A stretch of 64,000 nt of DNA from Bacteroidales bacterium. Lineage in GTDB: Bacteria; Bacteroidota; Bacteroidia; Bacteroidales; P3. Below the pieces are notes generated by a model that searched no databases, was not told the origin of the DNA, and worked only from the letters and a program-made list of their open reading frames with translations. The first letter of the stretch is position 1. Each line of letters starts with the position of its first letter. Shown piece by piece: positions 17,934-26,968 of the stretch. The stretch spans positions 9,151 through 73,150 of the forward strand of contig JAKSML010000004.1 of NCBI GenBank assembly GCA_024400665.1. Reading direction: 5' to 3'. Position numbers and translations under genes: made by a program.

Positions 17934-20858
17934 TTACCATGTGAAGAGCTGCTGGTAGGTGAGTTCGGTGACGGGGGCGTTGGGTGCGAGGAGGGTGCCG
18001 ACGGCGTGGGGGTTGAATTTCTTGCTGTTGCCGGAGATGATGGCGATGAGCGGTCGGTGGAGGATGTATTTGGCATGGAGGGCTTTGAGGTCGGCGATTG
18101 AGAGCTGGCTGATGCGGCGGGTGATGTCGGCGCGGCGGTCACGGTCCCAGCCGGAGAGTTCGACGGCGTCGCGCACGAAGGCGGGGAGGTCGCGGAAGGT
18201 GATGTAGGAGCTGTTGCGGGTGATGACCTGATGTTCGATGGCGGGGGCGAGTTTTTCAGGGCGTTCGGGGAGGGTGACGATGAGGTCGCGGAGCGCTTCG
18301 ACGCCTTCCTGTGTCTTGTCGCACTGGGTGCCGAGGTAGCAGGTGAGGCGGGCGGGGTTGCGGTTGAGGATGTCGAACCAGAGGCCGCCGTAGGTGCTGT
18401 AGCCGAGGGAGCGGAACTCGCGGATTTCTTGGAAGATAATGCTGTTCATACCTCCTCCATAGTACTCGTTGAAGAGGGCGACTGTTGGAAGGTCGGCGGT
18501 GTCGATGTCGATGGAGGGCACATAGATGTAGATGTCGCTCTGGAGAAATTTCTTGTTGCTGAGGTAGAAGGTCTGCGATTTGTTGTATTCTTTTTGCTTG
18601 ATGGCACGTTCGGGCACCATTTCGACGCTGTCGTTGAGGAGGTGGTGTTTGGTGAGCATCTGGGCGAGGTCGGAGGGGTCGGTGTTGCCGGTGAAGGTGG
18701 CGTAGCCGTTGCGTGTAAGGATTTTGAGGGCTTGGTGGTGGAGTTTTTCGCCGGTGCTGTGCTGGGACCATTGTCTGTAGGGGGTATGTGTGAGATAGGG
18801 GGAGTTTTTGCCGTAGCGCACGTATTGGTCGAGGGCGTCGAACCAGGTGTCGGAGCTGTTCTTGGCGGCTTTTTCCTCACCTTGAATAGCATCGGCTATG
18901 ATGGCAATCTGCTTAGCGTCGTGGGCGGGATGGCGGAGCCACTGTGAGGTGAGGCTGAGGATGGTGTCGAGGTTTTCTTCAAGGCCAGTGATATAGAGGG
19001 TGCTGGTCTGGTTGTTGGTTGAGCAGCCGAGGCCGATGGTGGCGCCGAGGCGGCTGAGGCGCACCTTGAGCTGGTCGGCGGTCATATCGCCGGTGCCGAG
19101 GGCGTTGAGGTACTGCACGGCGCGGTCCAGGTCGGGGTCGTCCATGAGGCCGTAGCGGTAGGTGATGCTGAGTTCGAAGAGGTTGTTCTTGGGGTTTCGG
19201 GCGCTATAGAGCTTGCAGCCGGAGGTGATGTCCTGGATGTCCACGTCCTTGCGGAAATCGACAGTCTGAGGCTTGATGGGGTCGGGGACGCTGGAGGCGA
19301 TGAGATAGGCAAAGGTGGATTGTGATGCCTCGTTATGAAGTTCAAGGTGATCCCACGAGGGTTTCACAGCGGCATCATGCTTGGGGAAGCCCATCTTGGA
19401 GCGGACGAGGGTGCAGCGGTCAGGGTTGAAATACTTGGCGGCGACCTCCATGACCTCCTCTCGGGTGAGGTCGCTCCACCGCTGGTTGTCGCGCAGCCAC
19501 TCTTGATAGCTGCTGCCTTGGAGTTCAAGCTCGAGCAAAAGGTTTGAGAGGCTTGCAAGGTCCTCGACGGCACGCTGGCGTTGCACCTCAGCTTTCATCT
19601 TCACGCTCTCCATTATCTCGTCCGAGAAAAGGCCCTGGCGCAGGGAGTCGAGGCAGTTCCACACCACCTTCTCGGCAGCATCGTGGCTTTGGCCGATGAT
19701 GTTGGGGATGTAGAGGACCACGCTGCTGCCAGCGTCTTCGAGCGAGAGGGGCATGAGCTGCGCAGCCATGAGGCGTCCCTGGGTGGCGGCGGGGTCGAGG
19801 AAGGCGGTGCTGAGAATCTCGGATGCCATCTGCAGCGGCAGATAGTCGCGGCTGGAGGCAGGCACGCCGGGGAAGATCATGAGGCCTGCCTTGACGGGGG
19901 TCTGCCTGACGGTCTTGACACGCTGGCGGTCGAAGGGTGGCAGGTGATACTGGGGAGGCTCGGGCAGGGTGCCGCTGCGCCAAACGGAGAACTTGTTCTG
20001 GACCAAGGGGCGGACGTCAGCGATGTCGAAGTCGCCCACGAGGATGAGTGTCATGTTGTTTGCCACATAGTAGGTGTCGAAGAATTTCTGCATCTCGCTG
20101 GGCTGCGGATTCTTCAGGTGGTCGGCCAAGCCGATGACGTCGCGGCTGTAGGGGTGGCTGCCGAACGACTCGGTGAAGATGTTGCGCGAGAAGTCGTACA
20201 TCGGCTGGTTCTCGTACATGTTCTTCTCTTCATAGACAGCCTCGAGCTCGGACTGGAAGAGGCGGAAGACGGGATTGCGGAAGCGTTCCACATAGACGTC
20301 CATCCAGTTGCTCAGCTGGTTGGCGGGCAGGGTGTTGTAATAGACGGTATAGTCGTAGCTCGTGCCTGCGTTGAGGCCGGTGCAGCCCATGTTCTGGAGA
20401 ATGGCATCGACCTCGTTGGGGATGGCGTACTCCGAAGCCGTGGCGCTGAGGCGGTTGAGCTGCTGCTGGAGCTGCTGACGCTGCTTCTTGTCGGAGGTGG
20501 CGCGGAGCAGGTCGTAGCAGTGCGATATGCTGTCGAGATAAAGTTTTTCCTCTGCCCAGTTGACGGTACCGATGCGGTCGGTACCCTTGAACATGATATG
20601 CTCGAAGTAGTGGGCCACGCCTGTGGCGGCGGGGTTCTCGTCCTTGCTGCCGGCATGTACCGCCACGCAGCCGTAGATCTGCGGCGTGCTGTGCTCCTCG
20701 CAGAGCACCACCTTGAGGCCGTTAGGGAGCTTGAAGGTCTCCACCTTCACCTGCTGCTGGGCCGCAGCCGTAACAGCGGCCACACACAGTGCCGCCAGCA
20801 CAAAAATACTTCTTGCAATAGTCGTGAAATATCTCATAACATATATAGTTTTTTCCAA
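17934..20858 (-). CDS. M16-family (pitrilysin/insulinase-like) zinc peptidase, double-module
   Basis: 974-aa ORF with a signal peptide and the inverted zinc motif HxxEH (HYFEHIMFKGT). The length is consistent with two fused M16 units. Confidence 0.85.
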   Translation of the reverse strand: MEKTIYVMRYFTTIARSIFVLAALCVAAVTAAAQQQVKVETFKLPNGLKVVLCEEHSTPQIYGCVAVHAGSKDENPAATGVAHYFEHIMFKGTDRIGTVNWAEEKLYLDSISHCYDLLRATSDKKQRQQLQQQLNRLSATASEYAIPNEVDAILQNMGCTGLNAGTSYDYTVYYNTLPANQLSNWMDVYVERFRNPVFRLFQSELEAVYEEKNMYENQPMYDFSRNIFTESFGSHPYSRDVIGLADHLKNPQPSEMQKFFDTYYVANNMTLILVGDFDIADVRPLVQNKFSVWRSGTLPEPPQYHLPPFDRQRVKTVRQTPVKAGLMIFPGVPASSRDYLPLQMASEILSTAFLDPAATQGRLMAAQLMPLSLEDAGSSVVLYIPNIIGQSHDAAEKVVWNCLDSLRQGLFSDEIMESVKMKAEVQRQRAVEDLASLSNLLLELELQGSSYQEWLRDNQRWSDLTREEVMEVAAKYFNPDRCTLVRSKMGFPKHDAAVKPSWDHLELHNEASQSTFAYLIASSVPDPIKPQTVDFRKDVDIQDITSGCKLYSARNPKNNLFELSITYRYGLMDDPDLDRAVQYLNALGTGDMTADQLKVRLSRLGATIGLGCSTNNQTSTLYITGLEENLDTILSLTSQWLRHPAHDAKQIAIIADAIQGEEKAAKNSSDTWFDALDQYVRYGKNSPYLTHTPYRQWSQHSTGEKLHHQALKILTRNGYATFTGNTDPSDLAQMLTKHHLLNDSVEMVPERAIKQKEYNKSQTFYLSNKKFLQSDIYIYVPSIDIDTADLPTVALFNEYYGGGMNSIIFQEIREFRSLGYSTYGGLWFDILNRNPARLTCYLGTQCDKTQEGVEALRDLIVTLPERPEKLAPAIEHQVITRNSSYITFRDLPAFVRDAVELSGWDRDRRADITRRISQLSIADLKALHAKYILHRPLIAIISGNSKKFNPHAVGTLLAPNAPVTELTYQQLFTW

Positions 20859-20949
20859 TCAGCCTCTATAACGGAAAATACCAATATATATTGTCCAAAA
20901 AAGAAAAAAGATTTGGCGACTTTGGCATTAAGATATTTTAGGACTTTTG

Positions 20950-21170
20950 GAGGAAAATGTTAAAATCCGAGGCTCAAAAACAGGCTCTTCGCCATTTTTT
21001 CGGCCAAGAGCCTAACCACCTTCGCCCCAGCTACATAGAAGCCCCGCCCTTGCTTCGCCTTTTTTCCGCCTTCCGAGCGGAGGTAGAGCGAAGGAAGAGC
21101 GAAGCTACGGCGGAGCTTCCCCGACGCAGCCCTGCCCCGACCCGAAATGTTAAAATCGCCCGCCCAAAAC
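20950..21170 (+). repeat. GC-rich ~200-bp intergenic element bounded by direct GAAATGTTAAAAT motifs (copy A)
   Basis: The aaatgttaaaat motif occurs at 20955-20966 and 21145-21156. The internal blocks ggctcaaaaacaggctct and cttcgccttttttccgccttccgagcggaggtagagcg match the reverse complement of 47385-47600. Confidence 0.75.
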
Positions 21171-21277
21171 CGCCCCTTACAAGCCCCTCTCCCGCCGCCC
21201 GCACCACCCCGCAACCCCCTCACGCCGCCCTCACAAAAAAGCCAAAAAATAATTTTACATATATGGATTTTTTTTCG

Positions 21278-21285
21278 TATCTTTG
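21278..21285 (+). promoter_or_regulatory. -7 promoter box TATCTTTG upstream of the NACHT gene
   Basis: TAnnTTTG motif 100 nt upstream of the ATG at 21385. Confidence 0.5.
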
Positions 21286-21384
21286 CACTATCAAATTTGG
21301 GCAAGCCACATCCTTTGGACTCATCCAACATTTTGATAAATAAAATATTATTATTCACCTTTAACCCCACAGAATACACCAGAT

Positions 21385-23775
21385 ATGAACACATTTTTCG
21401 ATTTTCCAAAACTAAACATAGGTGATTTTATTTCGATTGTGGTTGCTGTGCCAACAGTCTGTGGATTTTCATATAATATTTTTAAAGATATTGGCCTATG
21501 TCTGGGATGGTCATTGGCTTTAGCATTTCTCACAGTGGTAGTGACATTAGTGGTAGTATTACTTATCATAAAGTTTGTGAAAAGAAACAAGCCCAACAAT
21601 ACATCCAACGACAACGGCAAAGAGACTACGTCTCGTGGTGAGGGACACAAGAATGTCTATATTGAGTCCATGCTGACTGATACGCGTCCCCAATCACCCG
21701 ATTCCAAAGTCAATAATGTGCCGAGCAAACCATCTTGGAGAAAAGGTGTGGACAAATTCTTTTTGAATGAAGTGTTCCATGACGACTACAACGGGCCAGA
21801 TAAACACTTCTGCATCTTGGCAAGCGCGGGCATGGGCAAGACCACTGCGCTGAATCACCTATACGCCCAATACACCGATACCCCAGCCACTATCCTTGAT
21901 GTCAATGGCCGTCCTATCAATAAGCCACAACGGTCATACGACATCCAGTACATTCTTCTTTCAGAGGGCAATACCATCGATGCAATCAACAAGGTTCAGA
22001 ATAAGAATCGCTGCATCTTACTATTGGATGCTCTCGACGAATGTCCTGAGGCACAGGACATCAACACCTATCCAGCCTTCCGCCAACAATTAGTAAAAGC
22101 ATGTGCGCCTTTCGCTCGTGTGGTCATCACCTGCCGCCCCGCCTTTTTTGACAATGGCCGACAAAGACTCGGCGAGACGGACACCAAAAGCAATGGCTAT
22201 GGCATCACCTATAAAGAACTATATTTAGACTACTTCAGCGACGACCAAGTGCGACAGTACCTCAACAGAGCCTATCCAGAATTAAAGAACAAAGAAACAC
22301 GCGACAAGGCCGAGAGAATCATCCAAGCCTGCCACGACATTACTATGCGTCCTTTGATGCTTTCCTATATTGACTACCTGGTGGAAGAGAATAAGGATTA
22401 CCGCACTACGCGAGAGATATACGATGTCATCTTTAAGAGGAGTATTGACCGCGAAGTGAGCAAAGCTGTCAACCTTAATAGAGAAGAGCAAAAGGAAATG
22501 TGGAAAGAGATTTTTTTCATGGCGGCAAGTTTCATATACCGCAGTCATCCACGACAGCTATCCCTCTCCAAATCAGAATTCAGCAAAATCATAAAGAAAT
22601 ACAACCGCAAACATTGGAGATTTCTGGAACATCGCAAAATACCAAAAGTCAATGCCCTAACTTTTGGAGAACGATCGCTGCTGACCCGAGATGGAGAAGA
22701 ATACAAATTCTCGCACAAGTCCTTCTATGAGTTCCTGATGGCCTACATTTTCTTCCTCGATTGGGAGAATATCAAATCCCTGCAAGGCATGGACTTTGCC
22801 GTGCAGATCTTCGACGAGCTGTGTGCCGACTACCAAAAGGGGCACGGCGACGGCCTGATGCCCATCCAGCAGGTCTCTGAGGCAGACGCCGCCAGCGCTT
22901 TGCATAATATGGGCTACTCCCTCCAAGCCTTAAATCAGTTCAACGGTGCAGAAAAAGTGTACTCCGAAGCCTTGGAGATACGCCATCGTCTGGCCAAAGA
23001 CAACCCCGCCGCCTACGAGCCGCATGTGGCCATGACGCTGAACAACTTGGCCGCCCTCCACAACAATATGAACGACTACGCCCAAGCTGCGGAGGAGTAT
23101 GCCGAAGCCTTGGAGATTCGCCGCCGACTGGCTGCCACTAACCCCACCGCCTACGAGCCGGATGTGGCCCAGACGCTGAACAACTTGGCCATCCTCCACA
23201 ACGATATGAAAGACTACGACAAGGCTGCGAAGGAGTATGCCAAAGCCTTGGAGATACGCCGCCGTCTGGCCAAAGCCAACCCCGCCGCCTACGAGCCGCA
23301 TGTGGCCGGGACACTGAACAACTTGGCCGCCCTCCACAACTGGACGAACAACTACGCCCAAGCTGCGGAGGAGTATGCCGAAGCCTTGGAGATTCGCCGC
23401 CGACTGGCTGCCACTAACCCCACCGCCTACGAGCCGGATGTGGCCCAGACGCTGAACAACTTGGCCATCCTCCACAACGATATGAAAGACTACGACAAGG
23501 CTGCGAAGGAGTATGCCAAAGCCTTGGAGATACGCCGCCGTCTGGCCAAAGCCAACCCCGCCGCCTACGAGCCGCATGTGGCCGAGACGCTGGGCAATCT
23601 CGCCCTATTGCATAAAGCGCAGGGCAACTATTCCGAGGCTGAGGGCTACGCACAGGAGTGCTTGGACATCTTTCGGAGATTCGCCGAGATAAGCCACGAG
23701 GCGTTTGACGGATATGTGAAGAAGGCCGAAGAGTTGCTGAATGGCATCCGCGAGGCGATGAAGAACGATGATTAG
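21385..23775 (+). CDS. STAND NTPase: N-terminal 2-TM segment + NACHT domain + C-terminal TPR-like repeats
   Basis: 796-aa ORF. Two hydrophobic helices lie in aa ~13-65. Walker A is ILASAGMGKTTAL and Walker B is CILLLDALDE, followed by VVITCRP and MRPLML blocks. Seven or more 46-aa TPR-like units have the form A..L.NLA.LH......A..EY..ALEIRRRLA..NP.AYEP. Confidence 0.8.
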   Translation: MNTFFDFPKLNIGDFISIVVAVPTVCGFSYNIFKDIGLCLGWSLALAFLTVVVTLVVVLLIIKFVKRNKPNNTSNDNGKETTSRGEGHKNVYIESMLTDTRPQSPDSKVNNVPSKPSWRKGVDKFFLNEVFHDDYNGPDKHFCILASAGMGKTTALNHLYAQYTDTPATILDVNGRPINKPQRSYDIQYILLSEGNTIDAINKVQNKNRCILLLDALDECPEAQDINTYPAFRQQLVKACAPFARVVITCRPAFFDNGRQRLGETDTKSNGYGITYKELYLDYFSDDQVRQYLNRAYPELKNKETRDKAERIIQACHDITMRPLMLSYIDYLVEENKDYRTTREIYDVIFKRSIDREVSKAVNLNREEQKEMWKEIFFMAASFIYRSHPRQLSLSKSEFSKIIKKYNRKHWRFLEHRKIPKVNALTFGERSLLTRDGEEYKFSHKSFYEFLMAYIFFLDWENIKSLQGMDFAVQIFDELCADYQKGHGDGLMPIQQVSEADAASALHNMGYSLQALNQFNGAEKVYSEALEIRHRLAKDNPAAYEPHVAMTLNNLAALHNNMNDYAQAAEEYAEALEIRRRLAATNPTAYEPDVAQTLNNLAILHNDMKDYDKAAKEYAKALEIRRRLAKANPAAYEPHVAGTLNNLAALHNWTNNYAQAAEEYAEALEIRRRLAATNPTAYEPDVAQTLNNLAILHNDMKDYDKAAKEYAKALEIRRRLAKANPAAYEPHVAETLGNLALLHKAQGNYSEAEGYAQECLDIFRRFAEISHEAFDGYVKKAEELLNGIREAMKNDD
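23075..23584 (+). repeat. Intragenic tandem duplication (276-bp period, 234 bp perfectly identical)
   Basis: 23075-23308 is identical base-for-base to 23351-23584. Each copy encodes two 46-aa TPR-like units. Confidence 0.9.
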
Positions 23776-23848
23776 CAGCCACCGCAGAAAAAGTGACAGA
23801 GGGCTGAGATAGCTATTATGGCTATAATGGCTATCATAGCTATTATAG

Positions 23849-23881
23849 CTCTCGATGGGGCGTTTTACGCCCCATCGAGAG
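23849..23881. terminator. Bidirectional terminator hairpin between the convergent NACHT and GntR genes
   Basis: ctctcgatggggcg-tttta-cgccccatcgagag forms a perfect 14-bp stem. It is preceded by a 9-10-bp AT-rich microrepeat (atagctattatggctataatggctatcatagctattatagct). Confidence 0.8.
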
Positions 23882-23886
23882 GAGGG

Positions 23887-24249
23887 TTATTCGGCGGGGA
23901 GGGTCTTTATTAGCTCTTTGAGGTCGTCGAAGGTGAGGCCGAGGAGCTGCATCTGGTGGTAGAAGGTGGGGAGCTCTTCGTGGACGAAGGTTTCTTTCTG
24001 GAGGCTGACGATGTACTTCTTGGCCTGCGGGTCAACGAAATAGCCGACGCCGCGGCGGTTGTAGATGATCTGTGAAGACTGGAGATAGTCGAAGGTGCGC
24101 ATGACGGTGTTGGGGTTGACGCCGAGGGTGCCGGCGACGTCGCGCACGGAAGGGATGCGCTCGTCGGCAGCCCACTCGCCCGAGAGGATGCGCTCGCAGA
24201 GCGAGTCGGCTATCTGCAGGTATATCGGTTTCTGTTTCTTGAAGTCCAT
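23887..24249 (-). CDS. GntR-family (YtrA-subfamily, short) transcriptional regulator
   Basis: 120-aa ORF with a wHTH (PIYLQIADSLCERILSGEW..ERIPSVRDVAGTLGVNPNTVMRTFDYL) and a short C-terminal region typical of YtrA-type regulators. Confidence 0.85.
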   Translation of the reverse strand: MDFKKQKPIYLQIADSLCERILSGEWAADERIPSVRDVAGTLGVNPNTVMRTFDYLQSSQIIYNRRGVGYFVDPQAKKYIVSLQKETFVHEELPTFYHQMQLLGLTFDDLKELIKTLPAE

Positions 24250-24255
24250 GGTGCG

Positions 24256-25125
24256 CTATTCTTTAGTTTTGATAACAAGCTGGCTGTTCATGCCGTCCAT
24301 GTTCACGGAGCAGCGGCCGTCGCCGATGATGTCCTTGCCATCTTTATGGCTGACAGGGAAGTCGGATGTGAGCTCTTTGGCGAGGCCGTCCATCTCGATG
24401 GTGAAGCCCGCATCTTCGGGCACGGAGAGGCTGACGGTGGCACTGAGGCCGTCGGCGGAGATTTCGTCGGGCAGCTGGCTGAAGACGGCAAGGATGTGAG
24501 CCTCTACGCCATCGACATCGAGCTCTTTGCAACGCACCTCGCGGAGGTCGAGAGCGGCGTTGACGCCGTCGGCCGAGATGCTGCCGCAGCTCATGTCGGC
24601 GAGGTTGAGGGTCATATCCACGCCATCGACATCGATATCCTTGCAGTCGATGCCGCGCATGTTGAGGGTCACGTTCACGCCGTCAACAGACACGTCGTCG
24701 AGGCGGGTGCCTTGTGGCAGGCGGATGAGGAGGCGCTTATTCAGGCTGTCGGTCTGACCTTTTTCGTGCTTGCGGCACTTGCTGTAGCACACGCTCAGCT
24801 CGTTGTGGGCAACGCGGTAGCAGAGGGTGGTGAGGGAGTCGAGGGACTTGTCGGCGGTCTCGGAGAGCAGCACTTCGCTGCCATCGTAGTATTCGATGGT
24901 GATGTCGCCATCGAGCCATTCGACATCTATCTCGCTAATCTGCTGTGAGATGCTTCCACCGCCCAGGGTATAGGCCGAGAGATCTTTGTCGCCGAAGCTG
25001 GTGACGGCATTGTCGGGAGGGTTGATGCGGATGCAGGAGGCGAAGAAGAGCAGCATCAGCAGGGTTGTCAATACGGGGAGCGAGGTTCTTGCAGTCATGG
25101 TGTCTTGCTTTATACGGTGAATCAT
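24256..25125 (-). CDS. DUF4097/putative-adhesin (LiaG-like) beta-helical repeat protein, lipoprotein-like
   Basis: 289-aa ORF with a signal/lipobox-like N-terminus (LLMLLFFASC). It has repeated D(V/I)DGV-x-x-L-x-L units (VSVDGVNVTLNM, DVDGVDMTLNL, SADGVNAALDL, DVDGVEAHI). Confidence 0.6.
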   Translation of the reverse strand: MIHRIKQDTMTARTSLPVLTTLLMLLFFASCIRINPPDNAVTSFGDKDLSAYTLGGGSISQQISEIDVEWLDGDITIEYYDGSEVLLSETADKSLDSLTTLCYRVAHNELSVCYSKCRKHEKGQTDSLNKRLLIRLPQGTRLDDVSVDGVNVTLNMRGIDCKDIDVDGVDMTLNLADMSCGSISADGVNAALDLREVRCKELDVDGVEAHILAVFSQLPDEISADGLSATVSLSVPEDAGFTIEMDGLAKELTSDFPVSHKDGKDIIGDGRCSVNMDGMNSQLVIKTKE

Positions 25126-25172
25126 ATTGCTTTTCGAATTTTGAGATTTTTCAGACTTTCAGATGTTTAGGC

Positions 25173-25228
25173 TCTGAATATCTGAACATCTAATAATTAA
25201 TCTGAATATCTGAACATCTAATAATTAA
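25173..25228. repeat. 28-bp perfect tandem direct repeat x2 (tctgaatatctgaacatctaataattaa)
   Basis: 25173-25200 equals 25201-25228. The second copy supplies the stop codon of the 25225..26106 gene. Confidence 0.85.
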
Positions 25229-26106
25229 TAAGTCATTTTCTTCAGTCTGTGGCCGCTCCACCATACAAGGATGGCGAGAGGTATGGCCTGCAGGGCGATG
25301 CAAACCCATAAGATGGTGCGGGTGGCAGCGATGGGATCCATCTCGGCAAGGTTGAAGCGGTTGAGGAGCGACTCGAAGTCGGTGTTGACAGCCCATACGC
25401 CGATGAGAGGCGTGAGAATGAGCTGGAGGGCAAAGGAGATGAGCCATATCCAGAGGATGGTGGAGAGCACCTTGTGGCGCTTGAAGATGGTGTTGGTGAA
25501 AAGGAAGATTGCGACATCGAGCCACCCATTAAGAATAATCCAAAGCACAACCAGCACCATGCCGCCACCCCAAAACCATTTGGCATAGTAGTAGGCCGAC
25601 ATACCGTTGATCACACCGCCGTTGTCGATCATTTCCTGCGCCACAGCCTGGAGCATGTCGCACTGCCAGAGCCACGTCTGATAGGGGCCGAAGGGAAGGG
25701 CGGTGAGCAGCATATCGAGCAGCAAGCTGGCGCCAAGGCAGAGCAGCGGGCATACGATCAGCGAGAAGAGGAGCATGCTGAGGAATTTTTCCAGCTTGGA
25801 GGCAGGAAGCATGGCGTAGTAGATGCCCTCGTTGGTGAGGTTGCAGGTACGGTATAGCCGCGCGGGGGTGACGAGGGCGGCGAGGGTGACGACGCCCCAT
25901 ATCATGCAGCAGCGGAGCTCGGGAACGATGGGTGAATAATCATCGACGAAGCCTGTAATGACCCACCATAAGAGCCATATAGCCAGCGGCAGGAGGGTGA
26001 TGATGAGGAGGGTGGTGCCGGCATGGGACCAGATATTGCGGAAGTCCTTGCAGACCACTTTCTGGAAGCGGTCCCAGGAGAAGGTGTTATTGACGAGATT
26101 TTCCAT
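25225..26106 (-). CDS. Polytopic membrane protein (putative permease partner of the adjacent ABC ATPase)
   Basis: 293-aa ORF with about 6 hydrophobic helices. Its N-terminus FSWDRFQKVVCKDFRN is paralogous to FSLQRFGKVLRKDLRR of the next gene. Confidence 0.6.
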   Translation of the reverse strand: MENLVNNTFSWDRFQKVVCKDFRNIWSHAGTTLLIITLLPLAIWLLWWVITGFVDDYSPIVPELRCCMIWGVVTLAALVTPARLYRTCNLTNEGIYYAMLPASKLEKFLSMLLFSLIVCPLLCLGASLLLDMLLTALPFGPYQTWLWQCDMLQAVAQEMIDNGGVINGMSAYYYAKWFWGGGMVLVVLWIILNGWLDVAIFLFTNTIFKRHKVLSTILWIWLISFALQLILTPLIGVWAVNTDFESLLNRFNLAEMDPIAATRTILWVCIALQAIPLAILVWWSGHRLKKMTY

Positions 26107-26184
26107 GATGTATATTTTTTAATGTTGAATGGTAAATGTTGAATGGTAATAATTTAACACTTAACATTCAACATTTACCATTTG
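26107..26184. repeat. Intergenic inverted repeat (aatggtaaatgttgaatg arms)
   Basis: The left arm aatgttgaatggtaaatgttgaatggtaa pairs with the right arm ttaacattcaacatttaccatt, forming a 17-bp perfect inverted repeat. Confidence 0.75.
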
Positions 26185-26850
26185 TTAATATTTCATTCGT
26201 TTCAAACGGTGGACACCGAGCCACGAGAGGAGCACGATGGACAGCAGCATGATGCCTATCTGCAGCCAGTTGATGCTGCAGCCGATAGCTACCACTGCGA
26301 CAACAGCAGTGCAGAGGACGAAGATGATAATCTGCTTCACATAACGATAGCGCTGGAAGCAGAGGGTCGTGACCAGCCAGAACGTGCTACTGAGAAAAAG
26401 CAGCAGGCCATCGACAGCAAGGGATAAGGACGTGATGGACTTGTCCTGCCAGAGGAACTGGGATACGCCGCCAACGTGCAAGAGCGCCAACAAGCTGTCG
26501 ATGAGGGTTGCCACAACCACAGCCGAAAGTGTTGTCACGAGCACCACGGTGACGAACATGGAGAGGTATTTCTCCAATGCCGTGGCAGGCAGCAGCGCAA
26601 AGCCGACACCTGCCTGGGGGTCGTTGACCTTGCCGCAGAGAGCCTCGCAAATTATCATAGACGATATACCCGCAAGAAGGCAGACATTGAAACAGCGCTG
26701 GGAGACATCCAAGCCTCCGTCCATGAGATCGAGCGTCCAAAAAAGAACCATACCAACAGCAATGCCCAAGAGCATACGCCGCACACGGACAAGCCGACGG
26801 AGGTCCTTGCGCAGCACCTTGCCAAAACGTTGAAGTGAGAAATTTTGCAT
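26185..26850 (-). CDS. Polytopic membrane protein, paralog of 25225..26106
   Basis: Start set at MQNFSLQRFGKVL. The longer ORF start lies in the gtgaatt repeat module. Multiple TM helices are present. Confidence 0.6.
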   Translation of the reverse strand: MQNFSLQRFGKVLRKDLRRLVRVRRMLLGIAVGMVLFWTLDLMDGGLDVSQRCFNVCLLAGISSMIICEALCGKVNDPQAGVGFALLPATALEKYLSMFVTVVLVTTLSAVVVATLIDSLLALLHVGGVSQFLWQDKSITSLSLAVDGLLLFLSSTFWLVTTLCFQRYRYVKQIIIFVLCTAVVAVVAIGCSINWLQIGIMLLSIVLLSWLGVHRLKRMKY

Positions 26851-26865
26851 TATATTCCTTTTTTT

Positions 26866-26968
26866 GTGAATTGTGAAATAGTGAATTGTGAATAGTGAAT
26901 TGACAACAGAGAAGGTCACGTCAGCCTAATTCTCAATTCTCAATTAAAACACATTTTCAATTCTCAAT
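26866..26968. repeat. REP-like intergenic module (gtgaattgtgaaatagtgaattgtgaatagtgaattgac ... attctcaatt repeats)
   Basis: The same arm words occur in inverted order at 32336-32415. Confidence 0.7.

Noticed and set aside
21351-21650. 99-aa minus-strand ORF overlapping the start of the NACHT gene.
   Set aside because: It is antisense to the TM-encoding region of a well-supported gene and has no independent signals.
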